Of a stretch of 44,451 nt of DNA, positions 22,867 to 36,039 are shown piece after piece; position 1 is the stretch's first letter; the number at the start of each line of letters is the position of its first letter. A program made the position numbers and the translations under genes. The stretch is from Octopus bimaculoides. Its lineage: Eukaryota. The notes under the pieces were generated by a model. It made no database searches, was not told the origin of the DNA, and worked only from the letters and a program-made list of their open reading frames with translations. Location: NCBI RefSeq assembly GCF_001194135.2, contig NC_068993.1, positions 18,369,550 to 18,414,000 of the forward strand. Reading direction: 5' to 3'.

Positions 22867-23339
22867 GTAGAATATGTATGATACTATTTGACAAAATATT
22901 GTTGATGCTCATAGTGGATGCTATTGTTTAGCTTTTTCAGGTCAGGTCGAGTATACCTATGATGAAAGACATATTAATGAGACCATCCCAACTTTTCGAA
23001 TATCAGGCACAAATAGATTGGTGAAACGAACCGGTCTCTATTGAAGACGCAAAAATGTGATTTGCAAGATTTGCTGCGATTTCTTGCATGCGGGCGACCG
23101 CTAACACAACTCCTCGTTCGTATAAGATTGACATTTCAGACCAAAAGAAAAACACAAAGCTATGACTCACGCACACTCATATACACATATGCACAAGCAT
23201 GGACACGCACACACACACACACACACACACAAGCACAAACACTTACATACACATACAATCACACGGTCATACGACATGGTCTTGCGCTCCTATGACTTAT
23301 TGCTTTAGCCTTCATGACTAAGGTCATGGTACAGTACCG

Positions 23340-23379
23340 CCTTCATATACATACATACAAGCACATACATACAAGCACA

Positions 23380-23411
<32 letters not shown>

Positions 23412-23659
23412 CATATATAAATATGTACATACATAGACATATAAAAGCATACATATATCCAAGCACATACACACACATACGTCTCTGTCTCGCTTCCTCT
23501 TTCCATCTCTCTGTCTGTGCATATTTCCATGTGCATACATAAATATACGTTTGTATGCGTATATGTACGCACGGATATACGAATGTGTGCATATACATTT
23601 ACGTATAAATGTAAATATGTATGTATATTGTATGTATGTATGTATGTATATATGTATAT
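23340..23659. repeat. (TACA)n/(TATG)n compound microsatellite
   Basis: Visible. Confidence 0.9.
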
Positions 23660-24455
23660 NNNNNNNNNNNNNNNNNNNNNNNNNNNNNNNNNNNNNNNNN
23701 NNNNNNNNNNNNNNNNNNNNNNNNNNNNNNNNNNNNNNNNNNNNNNNNNNNNNNNNNNNNNNNNNNNNNNNNNNNNNNNNNNNNNNNNNNNNNNNNNNNN
23801 NNNNNNNNNNNNNNNNNNNNNNNNNNNNNNNNNNNNNNNNNNNNNNNNNNNNNNNNNNNNNNNNNNNNNNNNNNNNNNNNNNNNNNNNNNNNNNNNNNNN
23901 NNNNNNNNNNNNNNNNNNNNNNNNNNNNNNNNNNNNNNNNNNNNNNNNNNNNNNNNNNNNNNNNNNNNNNNNNNNNNNNNNNNNNNNNNNNNNNNNNNNN
24001 NNNNNNNNNNNNNNNNNNNNNNNNNNNNNNNNNNNNNNNNNNNNNNNNNNNNNNNNNNNNNNNNNNNNNNNNNNNNNNNNNNNNNNNNNNNNNNNNNNNN
24101 NNNNNNNNNNNNNNNNNNNNNNNNNNNNNNNNNNNNNNNNNNNNNNNNNNNNNNNNNNNNNNNNNNNNNNNNNNNNNNNNNNNNNNNNNNNNNNNNNNNN
24201 NNNNNNNNNNNNNNNNNNNNNNNNNNNNNNNNNNNNNNNNNNNNNNNNNNNNNNNNNNNNNNNNNNNNNNNNNNNNNNNNNNNNNNNNNNNNNNNNNNNN
24301 NNNNNNNNNNNNNNNNNNNTGTCGTAAAATAAAAGTAAAAAAAAAAATAATGTAATGTATAATGATATTGGCGTTTTCTCTCTTATTCAAGAAGCTGTCA
24401 AGCACAGTGGTATAAATACATTGCAGGACTGAAGACGATGAAGAAAACGGAGAAG

Positions 24456-24496
<41 letters not shown>

Positions 24497-25434
24497 GATA
24501 GGAGTAGAAGACGAGGGAGACAGCTAAAATACGAACGGCAATAAGAAGAAAAGAAAAAGAGAAACAAAAATAAAAAATAAACTATAAAAAAACTAAAAGA
24601 AGGAAAAAATAAAGTTGAAATGGTATTACCGTAGGTGAGAATCTATAACGGCCTATGGTATGAAAATTGAGAAAGAAATAAAAGATCGCGGCATTCGTTG
24701 AATAAAGCGCTCGTTAAAAAGGGATGTATTAAACGAAGACATCTATTTCAGCTACTGCCATATTTGTCTGTTTATAAAAAGCCTTTTTGCAGATTCTACA
24801 TTTATTTGTCTCTTTCGTTCTGTTTGCCTGTTTGTTCGAGAATCATACGTCTGCTTTAATATACGGTTTTAACAGCTCAGATATGTCATATACTTGTCTC
24901 TTAACATATCGGAGCGTGCTGTTATGTTTAATGATAGCATAATGTCTATCCATAAGTGTATTCTAGCTAAGAGTTTTATGTACACACATACATACACGTT
25001 TGAATATATCAACACATCACATACATACGTACAAACATACTTACATATTTACATGCATTTATCACAGGCGATAAACATACACAGATTCTAACACATACTT
25101 ATGTAGTTAAAATTTACATATACACTTATGTCTGTATTAATTATGTATTTGTATGGGAATACATCTATATTTATACAACCCAATGATATACATACATACA
25201 TATTTGTGTGTGAGTGTGTGTATGTGTATGTGTTTTCAATTATATATAAAAATAGCAAATGTTACTGAATAAAAGAATAAATATGACTGTTTTTTTAAAC
25301 TACTTTTTAAACTGTCTCTATGTAGATACATACATACATGCACAGACTCGCACACATACACATGTTTATGGGCGTAGACGTGGTTGCGTGGTTAGGAAGT
25401 TCGTTTCATAAGCACTGCATTACACGTCTTGGAT

Positions 25435-25870
25435 ATGTATTTTCTGCTATATTTTGACTGTGTGTCTATTGAGGCATTTGAATCCAGGAATTTGAGCACA
25501 AGTGCTTTAGAAAGCTGCTACGCATCCTGTGTACACAGAACACAGAACGAAAAGCTTTGTCAGTTAGCAAGTCAACAAACACACTGGCAGACAGGAACCG
25601 CTCATGCGCAGGTAAAATAGGCGAAAGCTTGCCTGGTACGGTTACGTACCCCGCTACAACTTCCTTCCAAGACCACTCTCCAGGGCAAAACCTAAAGAGG
25701 GCAACAGAGAGGCAGATAGAAAATCCTGATTTAACTACATCAAAGATTAAAGAAGTCTCACCACCACTTCCTTGCTACACATAACAGAGAACAGAAACCA
25801 GCTGCGACGGCTGACTGCATAGGCGTTCAGAGCGGCACCCAATGACTGACCGCATCAGTTGAAAAAAAAA
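25435..25870 (+). pseudogene. RTE-clade LINE 3' fragment
   Basis: Frameshifted FEHKCFRKLLRIL, EHRTKSFVS*QVNKHTGRQEPL, RRKLAWYGYV, typical of the RTE RT C-terminus. Confidence 0.8.
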
Positions 25871-25889
25871 AACTTGACAAATGATGAAT

Positions 25890-25955
25890 ATGGCCACAGC
25901 ATGGCCACAGCATGGCCACAGCATGGCCACAGCATGGCCACAGCATGGCCACAGC
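25890..25955 (+). repeat. 6 x ATGGCCACAGC perfect tandem repeat
   Basis: Six exact 11-mers followed by acgtgagctgaaattagatatgataaa, resembling the SINE-C tail. Confidence 0.95.
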
Positions 25956-26093
25956 ACGTGAGCTGAAATTAGATATGATAAATGAAAATAAAAAATAAAA
26001 ATAGTTTGATATTGANNNNNNNNNNTAAATTCATTCCTTTCGTATTAACTTCTCCTTCATAGACCGTTACACACACACACACACACACACACA

Positions 26094-26137
<44 letters not shown>

Positions 26138-26897
26138 CTATATCTATCTAGAGTACTGGATTCGATTACCGATTTTTGCTAACGTGCAATGGACCATTGT
26201 AGCGCCCAAATCTTTTCAAACCACATGCTTCAGATGTAAAACAATGACATATTTACTGGAGAACCCTGTTGTCACAGCTATTCCATGTATCCTTAACACC
26301 CGATATTATTAACAACACAGTAAACCAACGGGTTCCTTCGTCGATTTCGACGGTGAACATGCAGATGTTAAATCAGCTAAATTTGTTACCCCCCCTCTCT
26401 CTCTCTCTCTCTCTCTCCTGCCAAAGGTAGACCCCAGTAAAGGATGACGCTTAAAAGAAAAAATTATATATGTATGTGCGTTTATGCATGCGTGTATATT
26501 AAAATTATTTTCTAATTTGTATGTGTACACTTGTATGGGCATACATGCACACCATACACACAAACACAAACACNNNNNNNNNNNNNNNNNNNNNNNNNNN
26601 NNNNNNNNNNNNNNNNNNNNNNNNNNNNNNNNNNNNNNNNNNNNNNNNNNNNNNNNNNNNNNNNNNNNNNNNNNNNNNNNNNNNNNNNNNNNNNNNNNNN
26701 NNNNNNNNNNNNNNNNNNNNNNNNNNNNNNNNNNNNNNNNNNNNNNNNNNNNNNNNNNNNNNNNNNNNNNNNNNNNNNNNNNNNNNNNNNNNNNNNNNNN
26801 NNNNNNNNNNNNNNNNNNNNNNNNNNNNNNNNNNNNNNNNNNNNNNNNNNNNNNNNNNNNNNNNNNNNNNNNNNNNNNNNNNNNNNNNNNNNNNNNN

Positions 26898-26931
<34 letters not shown>

Positions 26932-27357
26932 ATGAATATATAAACATATACACGCACAAAGACATAATACACATACACATAAAAATACACACATATGTAC
27001 ACACAGTCCGAGAAGAATCATTCTAATTGGACGCTTAAATGAAAGCTGAATTTCAATAAAATTCTTTAACATTAAAAATCAATAACATTTTGTCAGATGA
27101 ACGAAGGTCAAGTGCTAAATTCTTCATGTCATGTAATCTTTAATACGTTTCTGTAATCAAATTCTTCATTTTCTGTATATGTGAAAGAATGAATGAAAGA
27201 TATTTTTCACCCTATTGTCTTATAGTCCATATATAGCATGAAATTGAAGTGTCAAGTACTCTAGTGGAAATATAATAATAACAACGACAGCAATAGTAAC
27301 AACAACAACAACAACAACAATAGTAGTAGTAATAATAATAATAATAATAATAACAAT

Positions 27358-28030
27358 AAAGAGGAATTCTTATGGGTGCAAAGACCAATTAGTCATAAGT
27401 AAAATGATTGTAGAGAATTGCCGGAGCAAAAAGACGCTGAGTATGGCATGGATAGACTACAGCAAAGCATTTAATAGTGTCCCACATAATTGGATACTCA
27501 AGGTCCTTGAGATATTTAAGGTCTCGCTTGTCATCTCCAAATTTATACAAGGTAGCATGGTCAAGTGGGACACAAATCTCTTTCTAAACCATAGCAATGG
27601 GATGAGCCAAACTAACAACATCAACGTCAAACGAGGCATCTTTCAAGGTGACTCCCTCTCCCCATTACACTTTTGCATGGCACTAATCCCACTCTCAGAC
27701 GAACTAAATAACACCAAATATGGGTTCAAAGTTTACAATACGACAATAAACCATCTGTTTTGTATAGACGATCTAAAGCTGTTTGTTAGAAATGACGAAG
27801 AGCTAGTAGGGCTGCTAACAACTGTTAAAGAATTCACTAATGACATCGGGGTGGACTTTGGCCTTGATAAGTGTGCTAAAGCAACTTTTGTAAGAGGCAA
27901 GCGCAGGCAAACAGCTTCCATTAAAATAGATACCGACACTATCATCAAAGAGCTTGATCCACGAGAAAATTACATATATCTGGGGATAAACGAAGGCGAT
28001 AGTCTCTGGGGATAAACGAAGGCGATAGTC
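27358..28030 (+). pseudogene. R4/Dong-type LINE reverse transcriptase fragment (uninterrupted 203-aa ORF 27404-28015)
   Basis: GCKDQLVI, AWIDYSKAFNSVPH, RGIFQGDSLSP, HLFCIDDLKLF, FGLDKCA, YIYLG; preceded by (AAT)n and ends in a 26-bp tandem duplication. Confidence 0.95.
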
Positions 28031-28429
28031 TCCAGCGGTTGACGTTATCTTTGTTAACCCTGTGACAGGCAGATATCCATCCAATGTAGAGTGAAAGCGT
28101 CTTCATGGAAGAAATAGCGGCCATCCAACATCTCTTTCCGCTGTATAACAGTCATCTTCATCGACCAAGTTTCCCCATTGACCCCTATATGATGAATATA
28201 TCAATAGTGGACAGATTAAAGGGGGGATTTTTCTTTCTGAATTTCAACTAAAATAAGTGGTGGGGAAGGGCAGCTGGACTAAATGTTCTGAAGTATTTAG
28301 TCCAGAATCTAATACAACTTCCACGTCACTGTTTGCCATTTTGATTATGTGATATATTTACCTCCTTTCACAAGGATCAAATAAAAGTTATTATAATGGA
28401 AGTTGCACTCGATACACTAGAGTCTAGAG

Positions 28430-28710
28430 CAGAGGTTATCAGCCAATTTTTGCCTTTAATTCCTGTTTTATTCAGGAGGACCCTTATAGCTATTCAATGT
28501 CTAAAAGCTCCTATTATATTTTTATGATTGAATATTATTAGGAATTGTATTAAGAAATGTTGAAATATTTTGCGTATTGTAGAAATATAACTAATTTATT
28601 GCACATAAATTTTAACAACAAAATCTTACATGGACTCCCAAGAGCCATATAGATCCCCAAGGGCCATATGGACTCACAAGGGCTGTATAGACCCCGCTTG
28701 AGAACCACTG
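28430..28710. mobile_element. hAT (Charlie-like) MITE
   Basis: Termini CAGAGGTTATCA...TGAGAACCACTG; 8-bp flanks gtctagag / ctcaagag (NTCTAGAN-like); 19-bp subterminal repeats at 28630-28695. Confidence 0.7.
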
Positions 28711-28718
28711 CTCAAGAG

Positions 28719-29106
28719 CTGTTGTTGTTGGCACTCCGTCGCTTACGACGTTGAGGGTTCCAGTTGATCCGATCAACGGAACAGCCTGCTCGTGAAATTA
28801 ACGTGCAAGTGGCTGAGCACTCCACAGACACGTGTACCCTTAACGTAGTTCTCGGGGATATTCAACGTGACACAGTGTGACAAGGTTGACCCTTTGAATT
28901 ACAGGCACAACAGAAACAGGAAGAAAGAGTGAGAGAAAGTTGTGGTGAAAGAGTACAGTAGGGTTCGCCACCATCCTCTGCTGGAGCCTCGTGGAGCTTG
29001 AGGTGTTTTCGCTCAATAAACACTCACAACGCCCGATCTGGGAATCGAAACCGCGATCCTATGACCGCGAGTCCGCTGCCCTAACCACTGGGCCATTGCG
29101 CCTCCA
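28719..29106 (-). mobile_element. Young full-length SINE family D with 13-bp TSD
   Basis: Reverse complement of 22314-22700; TSD cactgctcaagag at 28706-28718 and 29107-29119. Confidence 0.97.
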
Positions 29107-30299
29107 CACTGCTCAAGAGAGATGATAGTTAAAATAGAGTTCAGTTTTACAATATTTAAATTCGAAATCTAATAGATATAACGATGACTGTCAATGTGAC
29201 ATCAGTTCCTGGTGAAAAGAACTGGCGAATAATTTTGATTCTCTGTTTTACGCATTTCATGTACTGAGTTAAATAATGAGTATGTGCAAGGCATAAGCGT
29301 CACTCTTCCTCTTTCGCTATCTCTAAAGCTAATAATATTGATCAACCGTTGATGAAGAATACTTATCAGTCATCATGAAATCATGAAAGATCAAATAATT
29401 GACTCTGTTTATTACAGTAACGAATGGAATAATTAATATTTATCCTAATCCTTTTCAATTACTTCAGCACTCAAATCATCTCAGACATGTCCGAAGCTTC
29501 TGTCTACATAACATATCGATTGAATATTATATTAATTTACAATGAAAGCCTCAAACACATTCAGCTTTATTCATATCCGTTAAAAGCCCAGTTAGGCTTT
29601 GCGGCCAGTCACGACAAGCTACATATTTCATGCTGAACATAAGAACATGATTGAAATATTAAATAAATTCAATATGATGTAAGACATTATTCCATTATGA
29701 TCTAAATTATGTAAATTTATCGCTTATAGAGGTACGCCATCCTCATGACAAACGACGGTTAACATTAAACTGTAATTAAAAATATTTATGTAGTGAAGAA
29801 AGAAAGAACATTAGTTCGATAATTAATATTACATTAAGGAAATGCAGGAGACACTTCTGGGCATGCTTCGGCTTTATTAGTTCTTTTATTAGATTTTATC
29901 AACTTTTACCAGTCTCTTGTTTATTCCCTGTTAGACCTGGACAAGCAGACCTATAACCAACAGCATTGCATCCCTGAATATCTTGTCATATTTCAGGTAT
30001 TGCGTATCCAGGACAATACAATTCAATGTGTCTTAACGATAACAGGAAGTATTTTGAGGTAGATTTAGTTGCTACTTGTACCAGGTGAAGCAATTACGAA
30101 AATGCTTCCCTGTTGCCTCAAGGTTTGTCAATGTTCGGTCTACAGATGACCTAGACTTCGATTATAATATTTCAGCAGACATCGGACGTTACGACAGAGC
30201 TGGCTGCGTTCTATAAAATCGTAGCTCATTTCCCTTCTTGTAGTGCCAACATTTGCGAAGGCAGATAGAGCATAAAAGACATTTTCAACTTGGCAATCG

Positions 30300-31020
30300 A
30301 ATCTATGAAGATATTAACAACTGGTAATTTCCAGGGCAACACCAACAATGTCAAGATTGAATGCAGTTTCGTATTACTTAAAAAACTGGACAGTAAGGGG
30401 AGAAATGTGCAGCCCTATATATAGTCTACAGAGACTAATAAAATAACTTGAGAGTAGGTACAAAAGTCTTGATTAGTTACTCTGAGTGTAAAGGTGTTCT
30501 ACGTGTTCCACAGGTTTCCGGATCAATTTAAATAAACTGAACCTTGAACGAGAAACATCATATCAGCAGAAATTTATACTTAGTTATATATCCTACAAAT
30601 TACAAGAAAACCAACGACATTGACAGAAATTGTAGCCTCTCCTGGACATTTGAGATACGTCTTTATTTAGAAAAAGCTACAAAATACCCGATTCATAAAA
30701 AGGATAAGGATGACGTAAAGCCACCACTATCATAAGATAGAAAATATCGACTGTATCATACTACCATTAGCTTCCCGAAATTTCCCACAAATTAATACCT
30801 TTCTATGAGATATAACATTGCTACTAAACCTACTTACAATGCAATCTGCAAGAAGGGTGGATCTGATAGTCGTAAAAAAAACGCATGTGAGAACCAGAAC
30901 GTATCCACGCCTTTAAAAATAAAATTTACTGGAGGAACATTCAAATATAAACAAAGAGTGGAGCAAAGATGACAGAACCGATATTGTTTTATGAGAAAGG
31001 GAACACCAGTTTGATAGTAA
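30300..31020 (+). pseudogene. Possible very decayed L1/Tx1-like ORF2 C-terminal remnant
   Basis: Purine-rich coding-like tract with fragments such as ICKKGG...HAFKNKIYWRNIQ; no unambiguous motif. Confidence 0.25.
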
Positions 31021-31359
31021 TAATATATTTTAATCATCATTTCACCAAACTTTCCTCATATCAGTAAATCATTATTTGTTGTTCTAATATAAGACCGACA
31101 AGTTCCTAGTGTGTCATGAACGATTCGTGTCTGTAACTGATTAAGCAGAATAAGGCAGAAACGCGTGTTATACCGTGCCGATGACATCGTTCATAGTCTA
31201 GCAAAATGTATTTCCGTGCATTCAAACGCATTATCTATAAGGAAGATTTCTTTCTTGAGACAGCTTCCGCAGCGATGGTCTTTCTATATTTTAGTGTACA
31301 CGAAATTTTGAAATACAACTGCACGTAATTTTATTTTAATCGTCGCTACCTACTGCACT

Positions 31360-31402
<43 letters not shown>

Positions 31403-31653
31403 NNNNNNNNNNNNNNNNNNNNNNNNNNNNNNNNNNNNNNNNNNNNNNNNNNNNNNNNNNNNNNNNNNNNNNNNNNNNNNNNNNNNNNNNNNNNNNNNNN
31501 NNNNNNNNNNNNNNNNNNNNNNNNNNNNNNNNNNNNNNNNNNNNNNNNNNNNNNNNNNNNNNNNNNNNNNNNNNNNNNNNNNNNNNNNNNNNNNNNNNNN
31601 NNNNNNNNNNNNNNNNNNNNNNNNNNNNNNNNNNNNNNNNNNNNNNNNNNNNN

Positions 31654-31694
<41 letters not shown>

Positions 31695-32644
31695 GCATGT
31701 GTATATAAATGACTAAGTTATCTTGTACTGCTACAGTTGTTTCATTAATAGTTTTTATTGTGCCGTAATACAGTCAGTTATGCAGTATGTACAACATCCA
31801 TAATATTACGTAATATTTTACGCAACTCCTAACTCATTAGGCTCGCCAAATATATAAGTTCAACAACAATATGCAATTCATACACAAGTGAAATTTCGAA
31901 TCAGAATTACCAACATTTAGGAAATGTAAAAGTGGGTGGGACTATTATCAGTCAACCAAGAAGGTTAGTAGAAATAAATTGCGAATTAGAGAATAGTTAA
32001 AAGGCATATTTAACCTAAAAATGTTATTAAACTTAGCGACATCACTCTTAAAAACTGGCACAAGAAAAACAAGCTTACATGCCAGAAGATAGCAAGGCAT
32101 CAAGCATGGTAGTTGACTTTATTAAAACATTTTAAAGTCAGTTGGCGGCGTTGTTCTAGAAAAGAAAAAAAGAACAAGACAAAACAGAAAAAAAACAAAT
32201 ATTTATTGTGTTATATTGTTTAGTACCACAAAGGAGTGATATGGTTAATAAATTCAAGGGTTACTTATTTATTTAATTCATATCGATTAAAGTACGCTGA
32301 TTAATCATTGTAGAACTAATAGAATATAAGCTTTAATCAAGGTAGATCTAGCTGTGGTAATGGATCTACTTAACTGTTTGATTCTTGTCTTTCTCTCTAT
32401 CCGTCAATTATATCGTGCTTCACTCTGATATGCGTACAGCTCTAATGAATTCCCTCTTTATCAAATCTATCTATCTATCTAGCTAGCTAGCTGTCTGTCT
32501 GTCTGTCTGTCTATCTATATACGTGTAAATTCATATTTATTTTTATGTAGTGCTGTTTTCTTGCTTTTTCTGACACTTTGGATTTATTGTTTCGCACTTC
32601 AGTACTTGTTCCACGTATTTGACACAAATAGCCCCCAAATCTAC

Positions 32645-32661
32645 ACTTACACTTACACACA

Positions 32662-32740
<79 letters not shown>
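32645..32740. repeat. (CA)n microsatellite
   Basis: Visible. Confidence 0.95.
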
Positions 32741-32741
<1 letters not shown>

Positions 32742-34118
32742 CACTACCCACAAATATACACATGCATATATGCGATAAACTTGCGGACAGTTTCTATCTA
32801 CATTTCACACACTAGACATTGGTCAACCCGAGACAATAGCAATAAACGAAGTGCCATATGAACCGGAACTATTTAGTCGCGAAGCGAACTTGTTTACCAT
32901 ACAGCTATATTGACGCTGTTAATGTATATTCTATAGTTCTCCTACATTAAGCTTGCAGAAAGATCACTCTCCGTGTGGTTTTCTGATAGTCGATAAATAA
33001 TGCACATTTGATTACCGATTTGTGTAATTTCTGTGGTGTCGCGTCTAATTTTTCTTTGTATCCTTTATTCTTTTAATAGTTCTCACTCGCTCAGTAAATG
33101 AATTTAGAATAATATTATGTACTGAAAGACGACATTAGAATTTATGTAGAAATCAGGTATTATGTTGACTTAGCCACGTAGAAGTCCTCAGTTTATCGTC
33201 CGCAACAAGTAACATATATCAAACGATGTTAGAATCAATATAATTTCGCTGACGTAGATTAAACTTATAATTTGGTAAAACATATCTGTGGAAAGTGGCG
33301 TTGAAAATGTTTGGGCGCCCTTTATACTCCAAGAAAAAGACTAACCAGAGACATTGAAAATTCTATCTCGCGTGTACGATGGTTGAGTCGCAGTAAATAA
33401 AAGTTAGTTTTGTAATTGAATCGTATTCTGATAGAAATATATTAAAATTGGAATTTATAAAAAATGTTCTACACAGTGTAGATTTTAATAATTGCTTTCT
33501 TTTAGTAAAAGTCGCATACTCCAAACTAATTAATAAGCAGCTTTCTTTATAATATTATAGATTATGGATAAACCTGTCATAATAGTGCTACCGCTTTTCG
33601 AATCTGTCACTCTTGTATCCTGATATATATGATTGATTACTTATCATCCATTTATATCATTTGACTACAACTTTCAATGTTCTGTTAATATGAACCAGCT
33701 AAAACAAACAATCATGCTGCTTTCAGAAGATTATTTTATGTGTGGATTTCTACATTTACATATTTTCAACGTCCATTTTGTCTTATTATTTCCAAATGGA
33801 ATTATGTTGGCTTAAAAGAATGCTCCGAAAACCTCATTTTATTCGGAATTCTCCGTTCTCTACCTCAGGTAATCCATCTTCAGAATAAAGTCCTATGTCT
33901 AGGTCTTTATTTCGTACTGTGGTTGCATACAGAACATATTGTCTTAATGTTAGATTAAGTGCTTATTGGGATAAATGTTGAATATCAGATAGTGAAGTGA
34001 ATAGATTTAATGTCGTATCACGTGGCTTTTCTGTTCAAATTCTGCCAGGTAGCCACAATATTGTTATATCATACTCACTCATCTATATATATAATGTATA
34101 ATCATTGCTAATTATATA

Positions 34119-34272
34119 TAACTTCCACACAGATTCCGTCAACCAAATTCGCTCACAAGGTATTGGCTGACATAGGGTTACATTAGAGGACATTGACCTA
34201 AATTATCGCGCAATAGGATCAAACCCGAAACTACGGGTTTGCAAAGCGAGCCATCTTAATCACATAGCCACG
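34119..34272 (-). mobile_element. SINE family C, degenerate 5' portion
   Basis: Reverse complement gtggctatgtgattaagatggctcgctttgcaaacc...ccttgtgagcgaatttggttgacggaatctgtgtggaag. Confidence 0.65.
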
Positions 34273-34424
34273 ACTATATATAATGTATAATTATATATAG
34301 TATATATACCTTTCGATATGGGTTACTAATCTTTGCATTCTAAGTTGAAATCTCGCCAAGCTCAATTTTGCTGTCATTCTTTCAGGGTTGATAAAGAAAT
34401 TATTAAGCAAAAAAAAGTGCAGAG

Positions 34425-34431
34425 TCGTCGA

Positions 34432-34498
<67 letters not shown>

Positions 34499-34512
34499 CT
34501 CCTCCTCCTCCT
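34425..34512. repeat. (CGT)n followed by (CCT)n
   Basis: Visible; gives the poly-R and poly-V ORFs. Confidence 0.95.
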
Positions 34513-34906
34513 CCTTGCAGGTGGGGGTCCAGGTGGGGCCCAATTAGAATTTTCTTCAGGTCGAGTAGCTCATCCCGCTCAAAAGGTCCCTGAAAAAGGA
34601 TTGTTTATGGATGATTTACAAAACACCCATGTTTCCAAAGGTGAATTATCCAAATCCCAAAGAATTCCTCTCAACACATGGCTATGATGCTCTCCAACCA
34701 TTTCTACTCGTGATCAGAGATGCACATATCGTCAGCCACCAAGAGACATGTTCAACTGGTCAAAGTCAAACAACTGGCAAGCAAGTCTGTGGTATGGGCC
34801 AAAATATTTGCTGTAGCCCATCTTTTATACCAAGACAAAACAATGTACATGATAACACTTCTAATCAGTTAAGATCAGAAGCCACGAGAGCCACTGCCTG
34901 GCACTG

Positions 34907-34907
<1 letters not shown>
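34513..34907 (+). other. Unclassified GC-richer insert between microsatellites, probable retroelement 3' end
   Basis: Compositionally distinct, bounded by (CCT)n and (CAT)n/(ATT)n; no motif assigned. Confidence 0.35.
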
Positions 34908-34948
<41 letters not shown>

Positions 34949-34998
34949 TATTATTATTATTATCATCATCATCATTATTATTATTATTATTATTATTA

Positions 34999-35093
<95 letters not shown>

Positions 35094-35120
35094 GTTGTTG
35101 TTGTTGTTGTTGTTATTATT
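34908..35120. repeat. (CAT)n-(ATT)n-(GTT)n compound array
   Basis: Visible. Confidence 0.95.
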
Positions 35121-35810
35121 CAGTAGTCTTACTTTTATCGCGTGCTTTCACTGCACTACTGAGTGTGCCTTAGGTATGTGCTGTGGTTTGTTGTGATGCC
35201 CTTATTGTTACCGTATTGAAAGTATTTTACGTAGGATGCGTGCTGTGCCTAGTAGTGTTATTTTCTGTATGTTATATATACTTGTTAGTCCTGGTGTTTT
35301 TGTTACGTATTTTTCTGAAGACTTTCTTTATCACAGCTAACGCGCCTGCTATGATAGGAATTGTTTCTATTTTTAGATTCCACATTCGAATTACCTCTAT
35401 TTCCAGGTCTTTGTATTTTGATAGTTTCTCCATTTCTTTTAGAGAAACGTTGTCAGCTGTTGGTATTGATACATCGATTAGAAAGCATATTTTCTTGACG
35501 ATCTCTGAGAACTATATCCGGCCTATTGGCCTTAATTTCTCTATTTGTGTGTATTGGTATATCCCATAGTATGGTTGCTTTCTCATTTTCTGTGACCTTT
35601 TCTGGGGTGTGTCCATACCATCTTTTTTCTCTTGTTATTCCATAGTTTTGGCATAGCTTCCACTATATATAGTTCCCAACTCTGTCGTGTCTGTGAATAT
35701 ATTTCTTCTTACCCGGGACTGGGCAGCCAGAGACAATATGGTTTCTTTTTTCTTGTCCATCGCCACATATTCTGCTGTTACTTGTTATGCTTCTTTTCAT
35801 TTTATGTTTT
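35121..35810 (-). pseudogene. R4/Dong-type LINE: CCHC knuckle, RLE and 3' UTR (subfamily beta)
   Basis: RICGDGQ..NHIVSGCP, HRHDRVG, ENEKATILWDIPIHTNREIKANRPDIV, LIDVSIP, QKITLLGTA; UTR ends ...taagactactg then (AAT)n. Confidence 0.93.
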
Positions 35811-35938
35811 AGTTAATTTTTGGTGGGGAGGCTCTGAGTTCTGAGCTACTCAGCCATTGTTGGGATTTTGCTTTGTCTATTTCTTTTGCGTTTACTTTAA
35901 CCTAGTATTTGTGTATGTTATATACACTTGTTATATAC

Positions 35939-36039
<101 letters not shown>

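Noticed and set aside
26150-26330. Short open frame EYWIRLPIFANVQW... after a ctag acceptor-like site
   Set aside because: No donor before the stop and no recognisable homology.
33600-33950. Minus-strand mini-exon QYVLYATTVRNKDLDIGLYSEDGLPE
   Set aside because: Weak splice signals; equally explained as decayed CR1-like RT (KDLG, LEYCSQ-like traces); neither reading is supportable.
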